Origin: Kofleriaceae bacterium
Lineage (GTDB): Bacteria; Myxococcota_A; Polyangia; Haliangiales; Haliangiaceae
Reading direction: 5' to 3'
Length of the DNA stretch: 64,000 nucleotides
NCBI GenBank assembly: GCA_965215005.1
Contig: CBDCCZ010000061.1
Location: forward strand, 32,001 to 96,000
Part shown: piece by piece, positions 23,392 to 34,062 of the stretch
How the letters are laid out: each line of letters starts with the position of its first letter
How positions within the stretch are numbered: position 1 is the stretch's first letter
Position numbers and translations under genes: made by a program
Notes under the pieces: model-generated
Told to the model about the DNA's origin: nothing
Seen by the model: only the letters and a program-made list of their open reading frames with translations
Databases searched by the model: none

Positions 23392-24529
23392 TCAATGCTC
23401 CCGCCGCTGGCGCGCGGGCGGCCCGGCGATGAATACCGCGCCCGCCGCCACGATCCCGGCGCCGGCAGCGAGCCAGTAGATCGTGGGATAGGCGAAGTAT
23501 TTGGCAATCGCGCCGAGGCCGAAGGCGGCCGACAAAATGCCAAAGCCAAACGCGAAGGTCGACGTAGCAATGGCCCGCGACCGAGCCCCCACGGTGCGCT
23601 CGACGATCATCGCTTGCAGCGCTGGGTAGTACAGTCCGTGAGAGAAGCCAAATGCTGTTCCGACCACGATGAGCTGGGTGCGACTCGAGAGCGTCGCCAT
23701 CAACACCAACGCCGCCGCGTGGCCTAGTAGCGCCGGTACCGCCGTCGCACGCCGCCCGAGTCGGTCGGCAAGGTGCCCGAGCGCCAACCGACTCGCGATC
23801 GCCGCGACCGTATAGGGAATGAAGAACGGTGTAATCGCGCCAACGCCGGTGCGTTCGGTGTAGTCGGCGATAAAGGTCCAGACGCTGCCAAATCCCATGC
23901 CCGCCAAGCCAGTGGCGAGCCAGATCGGACCGGCGCCGCGGCTCACGAACGAACCGCCGCTGCGGCGACCCGAGGCCAGAGGCAACGGCGCAGCAACCAA
24001 CGCACCGCCAATGCCACCCAGCGCGCCGGCGGTGAAGACTGCCGTCCAGCCAAGCTCGGCGTGCAGCACCTCACCGAGCCACGGGCCCACTGCTTGCGAG
24101 GTCAACGTCAGCACACCGGAGATGCCCAAGGCCTGCGCCAACCGGCCGGGAGGCGCGATATCGGCAACGTAAGCGGCAGCGGCGACGAGCACCGCGCCAA
24201 ATCCCAAACCCTGCAACGCGCGCCCAAAGGTGAACGAGACCAGGTGGTCGGCACCATAAAACCACCCGGCGCCGGCGGCGGCGATGAGGCAGCCCAGCAT
24301 TAGAACCAGGCGATGGCCGAAGCGATCGGCCAATCGACCTGCAAGCGGCATCGACACGAGCGATGCGATGTTGAAGCCGCCCATGACCAAACCGATTTGC
24401 TGCTCATCATAGCCACGCGCCGCCAAGAACCGCGGCAGGAGCAAGAATAGGTTGGGCACGAGCGCCCCCCAAAAGGAGCGTCATTCCGACCAACACCAGC
24501 GGTACGGTGATGAGACGCGGGGGCGACAC
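23392..24529 (-). CDS. MFS transporter (apparent +1 frameshift near 24465-24474)
   Basis: Motif A twice (GRLADRFGHR, GHLADRLGRR), many TM helices; removing one G restores the N-terminus VSPPRLITVPLVLVGMTLLLGALVPN. Confidence 0.85.
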
Positions 24530-24934
24530 GAACAGTGGTTGTAGACGAAACAGCCGCTCGTTGTACGCCGCCGCGGGTGCCAGGACGCGCTTCTCGCCCG
24601 CTCCATCGCGAGGCGCCGGCGGGCGAGTCCCGTTGCTCGTGGACCGTTGGCGGCTGCCCTGCCCATGGTTTCTGCTCTAGTGGTCCCCAGCCGCGCCGCC
24701 GGCTGTCTCGAGAGGGCGAGCGCGTACCGCTGCTCGTGAACACCGCTTGCCGGCTCTCTTAGCCATGGTTGCTCTGATGCGTCGCGACGCCGGACGAGCG
24801 GCGACGGTTTGTTGCGACGGCGGACTTCCCTAGCGACAATGGCCGCGTGAGCGAAGAGAGGCCCGAGAGCAGCGACGAAACCGATCTGCGCGGCTGCGCA
24901 TCGCCGGCATCGCCCGCGCCGCTACCCGAGCCTG

Positions 24935-26008
24935 GTGGCGCGGTGGTTGGTCGGCGCGCTGCGGCGGCCCGCGCGCGCCGAGGCCGCGCCGCTTCCTGCA
25001 GTGAGCGCCGGCCAGGTCGGCGTGTGCTTCGCCGGTCATGCCTCTGTGCTGCTGCGTTACGCATCGCTCGACATCGTCTGCGATCCGCTGCTTGGCCGCT
25101 GGGTTCGCGGCGTCAAACGCGCGGTCGATTGCGGCCTATCGCCTGCGGAGCTCGGTGGCGTCGACTTGATCCTCATAAGTCACGCGCACCGCGATCATCT
25201 GCACCGGCCCACACTGCGCAAGCTGCCGCGCTCGGCCACGGTCGTGGTTCCGCCGCGCACGGCGCACCTGGTGTCCGACCTCGAGTTTGCGCGCGTCGTC
25301 GAGCTCGGAGTCGGCCAATCGCTGCAGTATCGCGACGTCGACATCGTTAGTGCCGCGGTTCGCCACGGGGACGCCGACAGCACCCGCGCCCTGTCCTACG
25401 TCATCCGCGGCAATGGCCCCTCAGTATACTTCTGCGGCGACAGCGGCTACTTTTCTGGCTTCGCCGAGATTGGCCGGCGGTTTGCTCCTGACATCGCGCT
25501 GTTGCCCATTGGCGGCTATGCCCCCAGCTCGTTTCGCGCGCGCCACATGAGCCCGCTCGATGCTCTCACGGCGCTCGAAGATCTCCTCGCGCGAGTTCTC
25601 ATACCCATCCACTACGGCGCGTTTCCGCTGTCCTACGAGCGTCTCGATGAGCCTGCTCGTTGGTTGCGGCAGCTCGTTCGCGAGCGCCAGCTCGAGCGAT
25701 TCGTGGTGCCGCTGGCACCGGGTAGCTCGCGCGTCTTCGTGCCGCCGCGCACCAGGAGCATTCACCGGCCGCTCTCGACTATTGAATCCGCGCTAGAGCC
25801 GAAGAGCTCAGGCGTTCCCGAAACTGTCGAGGTGAATCTGGAGGCCACCGCGCCCGTGCCAGAGGAGGCGGCCACTGTCTCGCCCACGGATGCGATGTCG
25901 GCCGATGCCACGCAGCGACGAGCGACGAGCGAGACGGAATCCGTCGAGACTGACCCAGAGGTCGCACCTGCCGCCCAGGACTCGCCGTCCGGTCGAGTCC
26001 TGCACTGA
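24935..26008 (+). CDS. Metallo-beta-lactamase-fold hydrolase (NAPE-PLD/RomA-like) with a low-complexity acidic tail
   Basis: GHASVLL, SHAHRDH, CGDSGY, LLPIG and PIHYG motifs; the true start may be 24847 with a frameshift near 24892. Confidence 0.85.
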   Translation: MARWLVGALRRPARAEAAPLPAVSAGQVGVCFAGHASVLLRYASLDIVCDPLLGRWVRGVKRAVDCGLSPAELGGVDLILISHAHRDHLHRPTLRKLPRSATVVVPPRTAHLVSDLEFARVVELGVGQSLQYRDVDIVSAAVRHGDADSTRALSYVIRGNGPSVYFCGDSGYFSGFAEIGRRFAPDIALLPIGGYAPSSFRARHMSPLDALTALEDLLARVLIPIHYGAFPLSYERLDEPARWLRQLVRERQLERFVVPLAPGSSRVFVPPRTRSIHRPLSTIESALEPKSSGVPETVEVNLEATAPVPEEAATVSPTDAMSADATQRRATSETESVETDPEVAPAAQDSPSGRVLH

Positions 26009-26274
26009 GAATCGGGCTGCAGTCGGCTGCTCGCCGTGAAGCAGCGTCGCACGCGTTTTGCTCTTCACGATGCGCTTCAACGTACTGCCGCCAACTCCGA
26101 GAGATGCCCATCGCGACGCCAGACGACCTCGTGCATGAGAGCCGCCGCATCGTCGAGCTCACAGCGCACGCCGACCGAGCTCGTGCCCCTGCCGCTGCCA
26201 TATACCCCCGCTGCCTCGTCGAGCTCGCAGCGCAGCTTGCAGTCTGTAACGGTTGCCACTACCGTCACCCGCCG

Positions 26275-28569
26275 GTGAAGGCTCTCCTTCCGTGGATTCG
26301 ACGCGAGGCCCTGTGGCCGCTGTTCGTGGTGCTGCTCGCTGCGGCCGTGCTGCTGCCGGGGCTGGGCAGCTTTGGCCTGTGGGAGCCACAGGAAATCGCC
26401 GTGGCGGACCGGGCTCGCGCCCGCGTCGAGCCGGCGACTGACGAGGCCTCCATAGGACGCCTGGCAAAGGGTAGCGGCGACTATGCCTTGACCGAGCGCG
26501 CCGCCGCCGCCGGCATGCGGCACTTGGGCACCAGCGAGCTCGCTGCTCGCCTGCCGCTGGCTCTCTTGGGGCTCATAGCCATCGCCGCGACGTTCTTTCT
26601 CGCGCGACGACTCGCGAGCCCTCGCGCCGGACTCTTCGCGGCGCTCGTGCTGCTCTCGATGCCGATTTTCGTGTTGCAGTCGCGACAACTGCTCAGCGCC
26701 ATCGGCGCCATCACCGGCACCGTGTTGCTCACCGTAGGCTTGGTTGGACTGGCTTGGCCACACCAGCGATTGTCGGCGCGGCCGCTGCTGCGGTTGCTCG
26801 ACATTATATTGATCATCGTCGGAGCGGCGCTCAGCTTCGACGCCGCCGGGCTGCTGCTCGGAATTGCTCCGGTGCTCGGCGCCGTCGGCCTCGCGAGCCT
26901 AGCGGCGCTGCTGCATTCTAACGACGCCGCGCGGCCTCAACGCCGGCAGCTCGGCGTTGCCGCCGCCCTCACCTTGCTTGCGAGCATCGCAGCGCTAGCG
27001 GTGGTGGCATTCATCGTCTACGACTTCGTGGAGCCGGTTCCCGGCACCCGGCAGCTCGGTGGTTACAGCTTCATTCCCACCGAAGTGCCAAGCGCGACCG
27101 TCGGCGGCATCTGGCGCGCCGCCGACAACGCCGACGCAACGTTTGACAGCCTGTTCGAGCAGCTCGCCTACGGCCTCTATCCGTGGTCGGCGCTGGCGCC
27201 GATCGCGCTGGCGCGCCTGGGCCTCGGTCCGCGAGAAGGTCGTCGCGTGTGGGCCGGGTACATCATCTTCGGTTGGGTGCTGCTGGCGTGGGCTGCAGCC
27301 ACGGTGCTCACCCGCAAGGTCGGCCCGGTGCTGTTTCCCGCGGTTGGTGCCGTCGCGGTGGCGGTGGGCGTGTGGCTCGACGATCTATTGACCGCTCGCG
27401 AGTGCGCCGCCGCCAGCGCCGATGATGATGCCCAGTCTCGTCACGGCTACGGCACCGCGCTGCGCTTGCCGCTGGTGGGTCTGTTCGTGGCGCTCGCCGC
27501 GCTCGTCCTCGGCAAAGACTTGCAGGCCTTCCCCGACCGCTTGGTCTCGATCCACGTCGTCGGCTCGACGATTTCCTATCCTGGTGGCGCCGCGCTCCGC
27601 GCCGCCGTGCTCGCCTTTGGTGTGCTGTTCGGTGGCGGCATGTTTCTCGGCCTATGGCGGTGGTATCGTCGCCCGCCGCACGGCCTGCGCTTTGGCCGGC
27701 AGCTGCGCTGGGCCAGCCGCTATGGCGTGCACGCAGCGGTGGCCGTGGGCGTTGGCTTCGCGGTGTTCGTCGCGCACGTGTGGACGCCAAGGCTGTCGCG
27801 CAAGCTGTCCTCGAGGCACTTGATGCGCGTCTACAGCGAGCTGGCGCGCCCCGGCGACGCGCTGGGAGTCATGGGCCAGCTCGGTGGCGGCATCGAGTAC
27901 TACACCGGCGGCAACTACGAAAAGCTGCGCTCGCGTGCCGAGCTCGTCGAGCTCTTGCAGCGGCCCGAGCGCGTCTTTGCGCTGGTTCCGACCTCGGAGC
28001 TGTGTCCGATTCACGCCGCCTCCAAGGCAAGCTTCGACTATCACGTGCTCGACGACAGTCACGCTCAGTTCCTCTTGCTGAGCAACCAGCTCCGTGACGG
28101 CGAGCAGGCCAGAAATCCGCTCGCAGAAGCAATTGCGCGGACGCGCCCGGCCGATATCAAAACGCCGCTCGACATCGACTACGACGGCAAGATTCGACTC
28201 ATCGGCGTGAACATGCCGAGCACCGTCGATCGGGGCGAGCGCTTCGAGGTCACGCTGTTCTACCAGGTGCTCGCTAACGTGCCCGGCACTTGGAAGGTGT
28301 TCGTTCACTTCGATGGCCCTGGCATCCGCTTCCAAGGCGATCACGAGCCGATTCGCGGCATGTGCGGCACTGGCGCGTGGCAGCCCGGAGACTTCATCGT
28401 CGATACCTTCGAGGTCGAGGCCGGCGACCTCACGCACCCAAAGACGACGTATCAAGTGTGGACCGGGTTCTTCCGGGGCGGCGGTGGCAACTGGACCAAC
28501 ATGAAGGTGGTCTCTGGGCAGGCCGATAACGACAACCGCGCCCGCCTTGGCACCATCACGTTGAACTGA
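26275..28569 (+). CDS. GT-C glycosyltransferase (ArnT/PMT family 39/83-like) with a C-terminal periplasmic Ig-like domain
   Basis: LGSFGLWEPQE, ELAARLP, >10 TM helices; C-terminal KVFVHFD...GDH...WQPGD.IVD domain. Confidence 0.8.
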   Translation: MKALLPWIRREALWPLFVVLLAAAVLLPGLGSFGLWEPQEIAVADRARARVEPATDEASIGRLAKGSGDYALTERAAAAGMRHLGTSELAARLPLALLGLIAIAATFFLARRLASPRAGLFAALVLLSMPIFVLQSRQLLSAIGAITGTVLLTVGLVGLAWPHQRLSARPLLRLLDIILIIVGAALSFDAAGLLLGIAPVLGAVGLASLAALLHSNDAARPQRRQLGVAAALTLLASIAALAVVAFIVYDFVEPVPGTRQLGGYSFIPTEVPSATVGGIWRAADNADATFDSLFEQLAYGLYPWSALAPIALARLGLGPREGRRVWAGYIIFGWVLLAWAAATVLTRKVGPVLFPAVGAVAVAVGVWLDDLLTARECAAASADDDAQSRHGYGTALRLPLVGLFVALAALVLGKDLQAFPDRLVSIHVVGSTISYPGGAALRAAVLAFGVLFGGGMFLGLWRWYRRPPHGLRFGRQLRWASRYGVHAAVAVGVGFAVFVAHVWTPRLSRKLSSRHLMRVYSELARPGDALGVMGQLGGGIEYYTGGNYEKLRSRAELVELLQRPERVFALVPTSELCPIHAASKASFDYHVLDDSHAQFLLLSNQLRDGEQARNPLAEAIARTRPADIKTPLDIDYDGKIRLIGVNMPSTVDRGERFEVTLFYQVLANVPGTWKVFVHFDGPGIRFQGDHEPIRGMCGTGAWQPGDFIVDTFEVEAGDLTHPKTTYQVWTGFFRGGGGNWTNMKVVSGQADNDNRARLGTITLN

Positions 28570-28660
28570 AGGGAGGCGGCTTTGGGATTTGTTGCTTGCA
28601 CCGAGAAAGTGGTTCGAGATAAGACGCCACAACATCGATCCGCCGGGGGGCCGCCACGTG

Positions 28661-29083
28661 ATGGGCGCTGATTTCGACGATGAAGAACGAGCGCGCGAAC
28701 GCGCACGAGACCGACGCGCCGCGCCGCGCGTGCTGATTCACCTGGAGGTGGATTACGGCAGCGAAGAGACGTTCCTCTTCGCGTACATCACGGATATCAG
28801 CGCTACCGGTATCTTCGTGCGCACGAACACGCCGGAGCCGCCTGGCACGCACTTGCAAGTCCGGTTCTCGCCCAAGGACTCGCAGCCGCCGCTCGAGCTC
28901 GAGGGCGAGGTCATCTGGATCAACCCGTACCGTCCCGGGCGACGCGACAACCTCAACCCGGGGATGGGAATTCGCTTCGAGAGCCTCACCGGCGATGCTC
29001 GCTCGCGACTGATCGCTCTCGTCAAACGCTTCGCGTATCTCGACGGTCCTGAGCAAGACGCGGCTGCGGAACCTTCGAAATAG
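28661..29083 (+). CDS. Single-domain PilZ protein (myxobacterial TIGR02266-like)
   Basis: RRAAPR, DISATGIFV, GEVIW and PGMGIRF motifs. Confidence 0.9.
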   Translation: MGADFDDEERARERARDRRAAPRVLIHLEVDYGSEETFLFAYITDISATGIFVRTNTPEPPGTHLQVRFSPKDSQPPLELEGEVIWINPYRPGRRDNLNPGMGIRFESLTGDARSRLIALVKRFAYLDGPEQDAAAEPSK

Positions 29084-29089
29084 CGAACG

Positions 29090-29268
29090 GCTGCTCCTTA
29101 GGAGGCGCGCAGGAATAAATGGTCAGAAGATCGGCGTCTGTGCGCCGGGCTGACAAGGCGCTCTGATGGAGTTGGGTCATCCCCAACGACCGAAGAGCAA
29201 CGCCGCCAGCACGGATGCACAGTCGCCTAGAACGGACCATTTATTTTGGAGCGCCGACCTAGAACAGC
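29090..29268 (+). ncRNA. Candidate structured ncRNA: ~180-nt rod-like hairpin (6S RNA-like)
   Basis: Nested stems AATAAATGGTC/GACCATTTATT, GGCG-CTGTGC/GCACAG-CGCC, CCG/CGG, GCTG/CAGC, GGCG/CGCC, CTCT/AGAG and GTTGGG/CCCAAC; G-U pairs favour the + strand. Confidence 0.55.
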
Positions 29269-29278
29269 GCAGGTGGGC

Positions 29279-29500
29279 TCATCGCTCGTCGACGTCGGTG
29301 AAATGCGCGCCGTCGCCGAAGCCTTCGTAGTCGAGCTCGGTCTCGGGGATGCGATACTCGCCGGCAAGCCAGCGGCTCAGGTCGACCATCTGGCAGCGCT
29401 CGGAGCAAAACGGAAACACGCGGTTGTCCGCGCGCGGCGGGCGCGCGTGGCCACAGATGGGGCAGAAGCCCTCGCCCTCAGTCTTTGCGGGTGAGCCCAT
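29279..29500 (-). CDS. yacG: DNA gyrase inhibitor YacG
   Basis: CPICG...[17 protein letters not shown] zinc-binding signature. Confidence 0.9.
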   Translation of the reverse strand: MGSPAKTEGEGFCPICGHARPPRADNRVFPFCSERCQMVDLSRWLAGEYRIPETELDYEGFGDGAHFTDVDER

Positions 29501-31085
29501 AGCGATTCACCTTCTGTAACAGATTCGATCGACTCACGCCGAGCTCCCGCGCGAGCGCGGTGGTGTTGCCCCGCGTGCGCGTCAGCCCTTTGGCAATGAC
29601 CTCCGCCTCCACGCTCTCCACCATGGCGCGCAGGGAACCCTTGCGAAGCGTCGGACGCGTTGGCGCCGCCACCGGAGTGGCCGCTTTGGCCGAGCGGATG
29701 CGCGGCGATAACAGCTCGGGGCCGACTCGCGTGTCGCTCCCCGACAGCACCATTAGCCGTTCAATCTCGTTTTCCAGCTCACGGATGTTGCCGGGCCAGC
29801 CGTAGCGCGCCAGCGCTTCCATGGCCGCCGGCGTGAGCTCGGGAATCTCACTCTTGCCGCTGCCGTGCTTGCGCAGAAAGTGCGTCACCAACATCGGCAG
29901 ATCCTCGAGCCGCTCTCGCAGCGCCGGCATAGTCACTTTGAGAACATTCACCCGATAGAAGAGGTCTTCGCGGAACTGGTTTTTCTCGACCAACGTCGCC
30001 AGGTCTTTGTGGCTCGCCGCGATGATGCGCACGTCGACGCGAACCTCTTTGTTCGCGCCTACCGGCGTCAACGTTCCCTCTTGCAACACCCGCAACAACT
30101 TGACCTGCAACGCGGGCGACATATCGCCGATTTCATCGAGGAAGAATGTGCCGCCATCGGCGACCTCGAACAGGCCCTTCTGATCCTTGACGGCTCCGGT
30201 AAACGAGCCGCGCACGTGGCCGAACAACGCGCTCTCGAGCAGGTTGTCGTTGAACGCCGAGCAGTTCTGCACCACGAACGCCTTCTTAGCGCGCGGACCA
30301 TGGAAATGAATCGCGCGGGCCACCAGCTCCTTGCCAGTGCCGCTCTCGCCCTGAATGAGCACCGTCGACTCCGAGCGCGCGATCTTCTCCAGCAGCGCCA
30401 ACGCCTCGCGCATCGCCGGCGCATCCCCGATGAGCTCGCTAAAGGCGTCGGCCCTTGCCACCGGCTGCGCCGAGGTGCATGCGCGCGCTTGCAGGAAGTG
30501 ACCGAGATCGGCGGCGGCGTACTCGATCAGGCCGCCAGCGATTTCGAGCTCGCGCTCATTCATCCGCGGCACCTCGCTCCACCGCTGCCGATCCTCGGCA
30601 GCCTCTGCTTCGCGTTCGACGGAGTCGTCCTCGCTCGAGCCTGCGCCGAGCTGCCGCACCCCTCGCAACGCCGCGCGCTCATCGCCAGCATCGAGCTCGC
30701 GATGCAAGCTGCCACGCAAGTACAAGAAGCCCACCAGCTCCTGGCCCACCACCACCGGCGCCGAAATCATGTCGAAGCCGAGATGACACGAGTCTACCCG
30801 CCATCCTTCGCGGCTGCGGTGATTGACGCCGAGCTGCGCCAAGCTTTGGGCGCAGCGGGCAGCGCCTTCTTCCGACGCGAGCGCGAGTCGACACAGCTCG
30901 TTGTCGGCCACCGCGAGCCCGCCCTCAGCGTGCTCTGCCGCGTTGCCCGCTGCATCTGCAAGGCCAAGCTCGAGGCCCCACCACTGTCGAGCCAACGTTT
31001 GCACCAAACGCAGGGAATGCAGTTGATCGAAATCGAGATTCAAACGCTCGTCCACGAGGTCCACCGACACCAAAGTGTCGGCCAC
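29478..31085 (-). CDS. Sigma-54-dependent enhancer-binding protein with an N-terminal PocR-like sensor
   Basis: [29 protein letters not shown] and Fis-type HTH; N-terminal C...C...CHLG pattern of PocR. Confidence 0.9.
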   Translation of the reverse strand: MADTLVSVDLVDERLNLDFDQLHSLRLVQTLARQWWGLELGLADAAGNAAEHAEGGLAVADNELCRLALASEEGAARCAQSLAQLGVNHRSREGWRVDSCHLGFDMISAPVVVGQELVGFLYLRGSLHRELDAGDERAALRGVRQLGAGSSEDDSVEREAEAAEDRQRWSEVPRMNERELEIAGGLIEYAAADLGHFLQARACTSAQPVARADAFSELIGDAPAMREALALLEKIARSESTVLIQGESGTGKELVARAIHFHGPRAKKAFVVQNCSAFNDNLLESALFGHVRGSFTGAVKDQKGLFEVADGGTFFLDEIGDMSPALQVKLLRVLQEGTLTPVGANKEVRVDVRIIAASHKDLATLVEKNQFREDLFYRVNVLKVTMPALRERLEDLPMLVTHFLRKHGSGKSEIPELTPAAMEALARYGWPGNIRELENEIERLMVLSGSDTRVGPELLSPRIRSAKAATPVAAPTRPTLRKGSLRAMVESVEAEVIAKGLTRTRGNTTALARELGVSRSNLLQKVNRYGLTRKD

Positions 31086-31126
31086 TATACCCGACGACTA
31101 ACGACATGCCGCTCACCCTCAGCGCT

Positions 31127-32551
31127 TCACGGCACGTCCCGCCACTGCTCGCCCTCGCGACGCGCTCGGCCATCACGCTCGAGCTTGATGAGATGCGCGA
31201 TGAGCGAGCGCTCCGCCAGCGGCCAGACCGCGGCAGGAACATCGGCATAGGCGACTGCGACCAACTCACGCGGCGTTGCCGGAGATTTGCGCAGTGCCTC
31301 CGCAACGCGCTCCTCGCGCCACAACCGATGGCCCAGATACAGCTCGAGCTTGACCAGCGGATCCGCAATTACGTCGCCATGGGCGGGAATCAGTGCGGTT
31401 GGCGACAACGCGGCGAGCGCGCGAAGCGAAGCGAGGTAGTGGGTCATATCGCCTTCACTGGGCTCGATCACGATGGTGCCGACGCTGGCGACCATATCGC
31501 CGGCGATCGCAATGCCCGTGTACTCTTCCAGAAAGCAGAGATGCCCCGGCGCGTGCCCCGGGGTGTAGACGCAGCGCAGCCGTCGCGGCGGCTCGCCGGC
31601 GAGCTCCACGACCTCGCCATCGTCGAGATGCCGCTCGATCGGCACCCGCCCCCGAAGCAGCCGCGCGGTTTCGCGATGCGCCGCAATGGGCACCTTGAGC
31701 CGCGCTGCCAGCTCTCGCGCCCCGCCGACATGGTCGCCGTGATGATGCGTGAGCCAAATTCCCACCACCCGCCGACGCGGGCCTAGCGCGTCGAGCACGG
31801 CATCGAGCGCGGCGCGCTCGGCCTGGTACGGCGAGCCGGGATCAATCACCAACACCTCAGCGTCACCAACCAGCACCGCATTGGTGTGCGTCGCCGGCGG
31901 CAACGTCGGCGTGCGCAACGGGCACACCGCGATCGCCTCGGCCACGTCCCACCATCGCTCCGTCGCCAGCCGGGTCAAGGCCTCGGCAAGGCGGCTTGTC
32001 GCGCCTTCGACGCCAGCTTGCAAAGCCAGGAGCGCGGCACGGACCGCAGCGCTCATCACCATCGCGCCCCGGCGCCATCGCGTCAGGAGGTCGGCCGGCG
32101 CCCACCACCCCAGCTCCTCGAGTGGCTCGAGCACCGCCGGAGCTGCATCGCTGCACCACTCGAGAAGCACGTAGCGGGTGGCAACCGCGCGCGCGGCGGA
32201 ATCGAGCGTCGCAACGGGTCCAGCGCTCACAAGGGCCCAGCGCTTGGGCCCAGGGGCGTCGCTGTCGAATAGACCGAGCACTGCCGCTCGGATTGCCGCC
32301 TGCAGATCTTCGGTCTCGGCGGCCGCCGCGGTATGCTCCGGCGGCTCAATGCAGCGCTGCGGAAACATCCAATGGCCGCCCGCCTCGGCGAGTGTGGTCG
32401 CCCGTCGGCCCACGTAGACCTCCAGATGATCGCCCTTTCGTCGCCACAAAATTACCGCCACCGCCAGCCGCGCCGCCGCGCCCGCGGGCGCCGCGGCTCG
32501 CTCGCGCGCCCGCCGGTACAACTCCTCCACGCCTGGGGCGCCATCCGACAT
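31127..32551 (-). CDS. Degenerate NUDIX-like + metallo-beta-lactamase (LACTB2-like) fusion
   Basis: TPTLPPATHTN, IDPG, THHHGDH, TPGHAPGH, AGD and PAHG motifs; C-terminal winged helix (AHLIKLE..G). Confidence 0.85.
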   Translation of the reverse strand: MSDGAPGVEELYRRARERAAAPAGAAARLAVAVILWRRKGDHLEVYVGRRATTLAEAGGHWMFPQRCIEPPEHTAAAAETEDLQAAIRAAVLGLFDSDAPGPKRWALVSAGPVATLDSAARAVATRYVLLEWCSDAAPAVLEPLEELGWWAPADLLTRWRRGAMVMSAAVRAALLALQAGVEGATSRLAEALTRLATERWWDVAEAIAVCPLRTPTLPPATHTNAVLVGDAEVLVIDPGSPYQAERAALDAVLDALGPRRRVVGIWLTHHHGDHVGGARELAARLKVPIAAHRETARLLRGRVPIERHLDDGEVVELAGEPPRRLRCVYTPGHAPGHLCFLEEYTGIAIAGDMVASVGTIVIEPSEGDMTHYLASLRALAALSPTALIPAHGDVIADPLVKLELYLGHRLWREERVAEALRKSPATPRELVAVAYADVPAAVWPLAERSLIAHLIKLERDGRARREGEQWRDVP

Positions 32552-32651
32552 CTGCGGTCTCCTTTCTCTCTGCCGTGCCTCGTCCCGCGAAAGTGCGTGA
32601 CGGAGGCGGCGCGGCAACGTAGAATCATCTTCGTTCCGCCGGCCAAACTCG

Positions 32652-32948
32652 ATGGTCAACGTAACCGCTAGAAAGATTCGCGACCACGGCAGCGATCGTG
32701 CTTCCGCCGGAATTGGGCGCATCTACACCGGCTATCTCATTAGCTATCCGCTCATTGGTCGCGGCATGGTGATCTTCCGCGATCCTCACGGCCACCGGAT
32801 GATCACCACGCCGGTCAAGCGCGTCCTCGGCGAAACCGCTGGCCGCATGATCTACGTCGAGACCGAAAACAGCGTCTATCGCCTCGAGATCCACGGCGAG
32901 CCGCTGTTTCCCATGCGTGCTCCCAGCACCGAAGCCGCGGCGCAATAG
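32652..32948 (+). CDS. Hypothetical beta-rich protein (98 aa)
   Basis: Coding-like codon usage; TTPVKRV and VETENSVY segments. Confidence 0.7.
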   Translation: MVNVTARKIRDHGSDRASAGIGRIYTGYLISYPLIGRGMVIFRDPHGHRMITTPVKRVLGETAGRMIYVETENSVYRLEIHGEPLFPMRAPSTEAAAQ

Positions 32949-33120
32949 CCTCCAGCTGCTCCAGTTTGGAGCGCTCTATAATGGCCCGGTTTAAAGCCAT
33001 CTGGTCCATAACGGATCGCCTCGGCGGTTGCACCAGGCGGCAGCAATTGGCTAACGTCGCAGAAGATGGGGTGGTTTCCGGGACCGCGGCGATGGCGCGA
33101 GCGTTGCTTTCTTGCCGGCC

Positions 33121-34041
<921 letters not shown>

Positions 34042-34062
34042 GCCCTGCGCGGGACGTGCCGC

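Noticed and set aside
26141..26234. Imperfect direct repeat (CGTCGAGCTC.CAGCGCA x2) upstream of the ArnT-like gene
   Set aside because: Only two short GC-rich copies with no further structure; not enough to call a feature
29090..29268. Integron attC site or SRP RNA
   Set aside because: No RYYYAAC...GTTRRRY ends, no integrase, and no SRP GGAA-tetraloop domain IV motif
29865..31250. Long antisense or alternative-frame ORFs (e.g. 29865-31250, 19472-20821, 40341-41603, 62361-63524)
   Set aside because: Shadow ORFs expected at high GC; they overlap well-supported genes on the opposite strand and lack motifs
32981..33000. Sigma-54 promoter at TGGCCCGGTTTAAAGC
   Set aside because: GG-GC spacing is 11, not the required 10
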